DNA of 40,570 nt from Desulfobacteraceae bacterium (GTDB lineage Bacteria > Desulfobacterota > Desulfobacteria > Desulfobacterales > UBA2174). The stretch lies in assembly GCA_011042305.1 (NCBI GenBank), contig DQXI01000238.1, forward strand, positions 1 through 40,570. Direction: 5' to 3'. Below, piece after piece: positions 36,531 to 40,570 of the stretch. The position numbers and the translations under genes are program-made. A model generated the notes under the pieces. It had not been told where the DNA came from and did no database searches. It saw only the letters and a program-made list of their open reading frames with translations. Each line of letters begins with the position of its first letter. Within the stretch, counting starts at the first letter, position 1.

Positions 36531-37876
36531 GCCCCGCCGCCCCCCGCGTTTTGCTGGTCAATCCCTGGATTCACGATTTTGCCGCCTACGACTTCTGGGC
36601 CCGCCCTCTGGGCCTGCTCCTGCTGGCGGCCATCCTGCGCCGGCACGACTACTCGGTGACCTACTACGACTGCCTGGACCGGTTCCACCCCCGGGCGAGG
36701 ACCTCCCCTTCGCCGCAACGCCAGGGACGCGGGCCGTTTTTCAAGACCCCCATCGCCAAGCCGCCGGGGTTGTCCGACGTGCCGCGCACCTTCTCGCGCT
36801 ACGGAATTCCGGTGGATTGGCTACGCCAGGACCTGGCCGCCATGACGCCGCCGGATCTGATCCTGGTCACCGGCCTGATGACCTACTGGGCATCGGGGGT
36901 GGCCGAGACCATCGCCGAGCTCAAGCGGGCCTTTCCCGGACGCCCGGTGGTGCTGGGCGGCATCTATTCCACCTTGCTGCCCGATCACGCCCGGCGCCAT
37001 TCCGGCGCCGACCACGTGGTGACCGGGGCCGGCGAAAGAGCCGTGCTGGAAGTGGCGGCCGAGCTTACCGGTTACCGGCCGGATTGGCGCTTCGACCCGG
37101 ACGACCTGGACACCCATCCGCTGCCGGCCCTGGACTTGCAGCGCCGGGTGCCCTTCATTCCCCTGCTCACGGCCCGCGGATGCCCGTACCGCTGCGCCTA
37201 CTGCGCCGCGGCCATCCTGGCACCGGTGCGCCAGCGGCGCAATCCGCAGCTTGTCTTCGAGGAGATCGTCCACTGGCACCGGCGCTTCGGGGTGCGCGAC
37301 GTGGCCTTCTACGACGATGCGCTCCTGGTGGATGCCGAAGCCCACGCCCTGCCCCTGTTCGATCGCATCGCCGCCGCCGGGTTGGGCCTGCGCCTCCACA
37401 CCCCCAACGCCCTGCACATCGGCTGCATCGACGACCGGGTGGCCCGGGCCATGCGGCGCGCCGGCATGACAACGATCCGCCTCGGCCTGGAAACCACCGA
37501 TTTCGAGCACCGGCGCCGCCTGGACGCCAAGGTGAGTGCGGGGCAGTTTCAGCGCGCGGTGGACTGCCTCCAGCGCGCCGGCTTCACCAGCGACCAGATC
37601 GGCGCCTATCTGCTCGTGGGCCTGCCGGACCAGCCGCTGGAAGCGGTGGAAGCGGCCATCGCCGCGGTGCGCGCCGCAGGGGTCACGCCGATTCCGGCCC
37701 ACTATAGCCCCATCGCCGGCACCCCCCTCTGGCCGGCAGCCAAGCGTGCCTCGCGTTACGACCTGGAAGCCGATCCGGTTTTTGCCAACAACGCCATTTG
37801 GCCTTGCCGCCCAGAAGGATTTTCCTGGAGCTGGCTCAGCCGCCTCAAGGCGCTTTGCGCCGGGGCAGGCCACTGA
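36527..37876 (+). CDS. B12-binding-domain radical SAM protein
   Basis: LLVNPW..D...PLGL, VLGGIY.TL.P.H, GAGE, TARGCPYRCAYC, FYDD, PNALH, GLET; GTGA overlap with ahbB. Confidence 0.9.
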   Translation: MSPAAPRVLLVNPWIHDFAAYDFWARPLGLLLLAAILRRHDYSVTYYDCLDRFHPRARTSPSPQRQGRGPFFKTPIAKPPGLSDVPRTFSRYGIPVDWLRQDLAAMTPPDLILVTGLMTYWASGVAETIAELKRAFPGRPVVLGGIYSTLLPDHARRHSGADHVVTGAGERAVLEVAAELTGYRPDWRFDPDDLDTHPLPALDLQRRVPFIPLLTARGCPYRCAYCAAAILAPVRQRRNPQLVFEEIVHWHRRFGVRDVAFYDDALLVDAEAHALPLFDRIAAAGLGLRLHTPNALHIGCIDDRVARAMRRAGMTTIRLGLETTDFEHRRRLDAKVSAGQFQRAVDCLQRAGFTSDQIGAYLLVGLPDQPLEAVEAAIAAVRAAGVTPIPAHYSPIAGTPLWPAAKRASRYDLEADPVFANNAIWPCRPEGFSWSWLSRLKALCAGAGH

Positions 37877-37904
37877 CGGGGGGACAATCCCCCCTCACAT
37901 AACG

Positions 37905-37942
37905 AAAAAACCGCCCGCAACGGCAGAAGCCGGCACGGGCGG
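37905..37942 (-). terminator. Intrinsic terminator after the flavoprotein gene
   Basis: CCGCCCG...CGGGCGG stem followed by T6 on the minus strand. Confidence 0.6.
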
Positions 37943-37969
37943 CAGGTTCAAGGCTTTCGGCGAGATGGA

Positions 37970-39892
37970 CTAGGAAGCCCGGAGGGCCGCCACCGCGATG
38001 CGATAGCAGCGCAGGCAGCGGTAGGCTTCGGCGGTGGCTTGGGCCTGGTTCAAGCAGCCCTCGACTTCCTCGAAATTGGTCTTGCGTACCTCGGGGGCCA
38101 TCACCGGCGGATCGAACCTCTCGGTGACATCGTGGAAAGGCCAGGTTTCGTTCCGGTCCAACACCTCGCTGTTGTTGACAATCGCTTTCAGCACCTCGGA
38201 AACGGTGGGTTGGACATTGCCTTCTTCAAGGTACTGGGCGATGTGATACGCCGCCTTCTTTCCCGCGGCCAGGGCGGCGATGAGGGTGGACGGTCCGGTG
38301 ACGCAGTCGCCCCCGCCGAACACCGTCGGTTTTTGGGACTGGAAGGTCATCTGGTCCACCACCAACGTCTTCCACGGCGTCAGGTTCTCGGCCTCGGGCA
38401 GGACGCAGTCCACCATGCAAACCTGCCCCACCGCCGGGATGATGGCGTCGCATTCGATGACGAACTCCGACCCTTCCACCGGCACGGGGCGGCGCCGGCC
38501 GCTTTTGTCCGGCTCGCCCAGAGTCATGCGCCGGCACTCCAGGCCCCGCACCCGGCCGCCTGCTTCCACGATGCGCACCGGCGCCACCAGGTAGTGAAAC
38601 TTGACCCCCTCTTCCTTGGCCTCGTGAATCTCCTGGGGGTCGGCCGGCATTTCAGCCTCGGTGCGTCGATAGAGGAGGTTGACGTCCTTGAAACCGATGC
38701 GCAGGGCCGAGCGGACACAGTCCATGGCCACGTTGCCCCCGCCCACCACCACCAGCTTCTCGCCCTCGATGGGCCGACGCCCCCGGGCCACCTCGGCGAG
38801 AAAATGGACTCCGGGCATGAAGCATTCGTAGCCGGCGTCCTCGCCCTCGCAGCGCATCTTGGAGGATTCCGGCGCGCCGACGCCCAAAAATACGGCCCGG
38901 TAGCCCTGTTGGCCAAGCTCCTCGATGCTGATGTCCTCGCCCACCCGGACACCGTAGCGGATTTCGGCGCCAAGCTGCTCCACCAAGGATGCTTCATAGG
39001 CGATGACATCCCGCGGGAGCCGGTAGGAAGGGATGCCGAAAGAGGCCATGCCGCCGGCCTTCTCCTGGGCTTCGAAAATCGTGGTGCGGTAGCCACGCTG
39101 CCCCAGGTAGAAGGCACAGGACAGCCCGGCCGGCCCGGCCCCCACCACCGCCACGCGGTCTTCGCGGGGCGGGGCCGCTTCCAATTTCGGGGCGGCCCCG
39201 GTGTGCATTTCGTGGTCGGCCAGATAGCGCTTGAGCGCCCGGATGGAGATGGGGGCATCCACCAGCGCCCGCCGGCAGTTGGCTTCGCAGGGGCGCACGC
39301 AGACACGGCCGATGGTGCCCGGCATGGGGCAGTCACGCCGCACCACGGCCAAGCCCTCTGCCAGTTTGTTCAGACGGATTGCCTCCACGTAGGCCGGTAC
39401 ATCGACGTTGGAGGGACAGGCGCTCATGCACGGTGCCGCCACGGCGGCCTCGTAGCGGTTGCGGGGCACCACGCGCTTTTCGCGAATGGTGGCTTCAAAA
39501 ACGCCGCGGTAGCGCTGGAGCATCTCCAGGGTGGGCGGTGCGACAAACAGGCCGACATCGCAGCGCGCCGCATCGGAAATGAAGCGCGCCATAGCGGCGA
39601 TCTCTTCCAGGTCGCCGGGACGCCCCTCACCGTTGCAGATTCGATCCATGATGGCACACAACCGCACCGTACCTTCCCGGCAGGGCGTGCACTGTCCGCA
39701 GGACTCGTCCCGGACCTTTTCCAGGTAGGCCCGCAGCAGATCCACCGGATCGACTTCCGGATCCCAGACCACAAGCCCCTTCCACCCCAGCACAGCCCTG
39801 AATGGGGTGTCGTCGTCTGCGGAACCTCCGTTGCCTTTGCCATCCAAACGACCGGTCCAGCCTTTCCACGTACAGACCAACGGATCATCCAT
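37970..39892 (-). CDS. SfrB/GltD-like NADPH-dependent FAD oxidoreductase with a NuoF-type [4Fe-4S] N-terminal domain
   Basis: ESCGQCTPCREG..C, PCMSACP, GRVCVRPCEANCRR, GAGPAG, GGGNVAMD..YRRT, GGDCVTGP, RCLRC; AGGAG SD before ATG 39892. Confidence 0.9.
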   Translation of the reverse strand: MDDPLVCTWKGWTGRLDGKGNGGSADDDTPFRAVLGWKGLVVWDPEVDPVDLLRAYLEKVRDESCGQCTPCREGTVRLCAIMDRICNGEGRPGDLEEIAAMARFISDAARCDVGLFVAPPTLEMLQRYRGVFEATIREKRVVPRNRYEAAVAAPCMSACPSNVDVPAYVEAIRLNKLAEGLAVVRRDCPMPGTIGRVCVRPCEANCRRALVDAPISIRALKRYLADHEMHTGAAPKLEAAPPREDRVAVVGAGPAGLSCAFYLGQRGYRTTIFEAQEKAGGMASFGIPSYRLPRDVIAYEASLVEQLGAEIRYGVRVGEDISIEELGQQGYRAVFLGVGAPESSKMRCEGEDAGYECFMPGVHFLAEVARGRRPIEGEKLVVVGGGNVAMDCVRSALRIGFKDVNLLYRRTEAEMPADPQEIHEAKEEGVKFHYLVAPVRIVEAGGRVRGLECRRMTLGEPDKSGRRRPVPVEGSEFVIECDAIIPAVGQVCMVDCVLPEAENLTPWKTLVVDQMTFQSQKPTVFGGGDCVTGPSTLIAALAAGKKAAYHIAQYLEEGNVQPTVSEVLKAIVNNSEVLDRNETWPFHDVTERFDPPVMAPEVRKTNFEEVEGCLNQAQATAEAYRCLRCYRIAVAALRAS

Positions 39893-40068
39893 GGGTGCCA
39901 CTCCTGTCTGTTTTTTCGATTTTTTTCTGGGAGACAACCGTATTTACTACGAGATGGGGCCCGGGTCAAACCCTGACATGGTTTCAATTTTCGCGGCGGA
40001 CCGAGGGAAACAAAGCCAGGGCTTTTGGGGGGCAGGGAAAGCCCGCTCCCCCCACAACGCCGCCCTCC

Positions 40069-40097
40069 TTGACGCCGACCGGTGGTCATGGTAGGGA
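40069..40097 (+). promoter_or_regulatory. Putative sigma70 promoter of yhhQ
   Basis: TTGACG-17 bp-TAGGGA with TG-n before a weak -10; this would place the TSS just 5' of the riboswitch. Confidence 0.4.
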
Positions 40098-40109
40098 GCG
40101 TCCCATCAC

Positions 40110-40145
40110 GGCGGTCGGAAACCACCCGCCTTACCAAAATAGGAG
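40110..40145 (+). ncRNA. Candidate preQ1-I riboswitch
   Basis: GGCGG-UCGGAAACCAC-CCGCC stem-loop plus tail UUACCAAAAUAGGAG running into the SD, directly upstream of a queuosine-precursor transporter. Confidence 0.7.
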
Positions 40146-40153
40146 CCTTTTCA

Positions 40154-40570
40154 ATGCCTCGTGTCTCCCGCCCCGCTGCCGCGTCCGCGGCGGAGGGTCA
40201 CTCCAGCCGGTTCGTTGTCCTGACGGCCATTTTCGTGGCCTGCCTACTCGTCTCGAACCTCATTGCCGGGCGTCTCATTGCGATCGCCGGCGTGGCGCTG
40301 CCCGCCGCTGTCCTGATTTTTCCCATCACCTACATCCTGGGCGACGTGTGCACCGAGGTTTACGGCTATCGGCGCGCCCGTCTGGTCATCTGGACCGGCT
40401 TTGCCGCCAACTGCCTCATGGTGACCTTCGCCCTGCTGACCATCGCCATGCCGGCGCCGGCATTTTTCGAGGACCAAGCCGCCTACGCCACGGTGCTGGG
40501 GCAAGCGCCCCGAATGGTCCTGGCCAGCCTGGCAGCCTTCTGGTGCGGGGAATTTCTCAACGCCTTCGTG
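40154..40570 (+). CDS. yhhQ: Queuosine precursor transporter YhhQ/COG1738 (3' end truncated; absent from the ORF track)
   Basis: Manual translation: FVACLLVSNLIAGRL...FPITYILGDVCTEVYGYRRARLVIWTGF...PRMVLASLAAFWCGEFLNAFV. Confidence 0.93.
   Translation, partial: MPRVSRPAAASAAEGHSSRFVVLTAIFVACLLVSNLIAGRLIAIAGVALPAAVLIFPITYILGDVCTEVYGYRRARLVIWTGFAANCLMVTFALLTIAMPAPAFFEDQAAYATVLGQAPRMVLASLAAFWCGEFLNAFV

Noticed and set aside
39960-40030. GTCAAACC...GGGAAACAAAGCC resembling a c-di-GMP-I riboswitch
   Set aside because: It lacks the GNRA-capped P2 and the receptor-bearing P3, and lies upstream of the likely yhhQ promoter.

Overview
High-GC chromosomal window, most likely from a sulfate-reducing Desulfobacterota (Desulfobacterales-like). 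The evidence is a complete tmcDCBA operon, an RnfB-flavoprotein fusion and AhbB. It is mostly housekeeping and energy metabolism: acyl-CoA dehydrogenase, mtaB, the Tmc complex with downstream receiver, membrane and HD genes, two tRNA-Ser genes, a rhomboid protease, a tRNA nucleotidyltransferase, mscS, rpoH, moeA, a DEAD-box helicase, plsY, Smr, an rnfB-fusion/rseC/ykgJ unit, a purine/SAM-by-product salvage cluster (PNP, two divergent MtaD-like deaminases, ade, mtnA), ahbB, a B12 radical SAM enzyme, an orphan SfrB/GltD-like flavoprotein and a truncated yhhQ. There are two intact type II TA pairs. Several features are not evident from the ORF track: a candidate preQ1-I riboswitch over the yhhQ SD, a LiuR-type palindrome with a possible liuR remnant, a sigma54 promoter for tmc, a 48-bp identical inverted segment shared by the twin deaminases, and about seven collapsed gene relics (ABC permease, LemA, QueG-like, two TA remnants, NuoE-like, MerR-like). 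I saw no CRISPR array, rRNA, transposase, integrase or phage gene. No unambiguous novel system is evident. The best candidates are the twin-deaminase salvage cluster and the stand-alone RnfB-fusion/RseC/YkgJ unit. All calls come from motif recognition by eye; no database searches were run.
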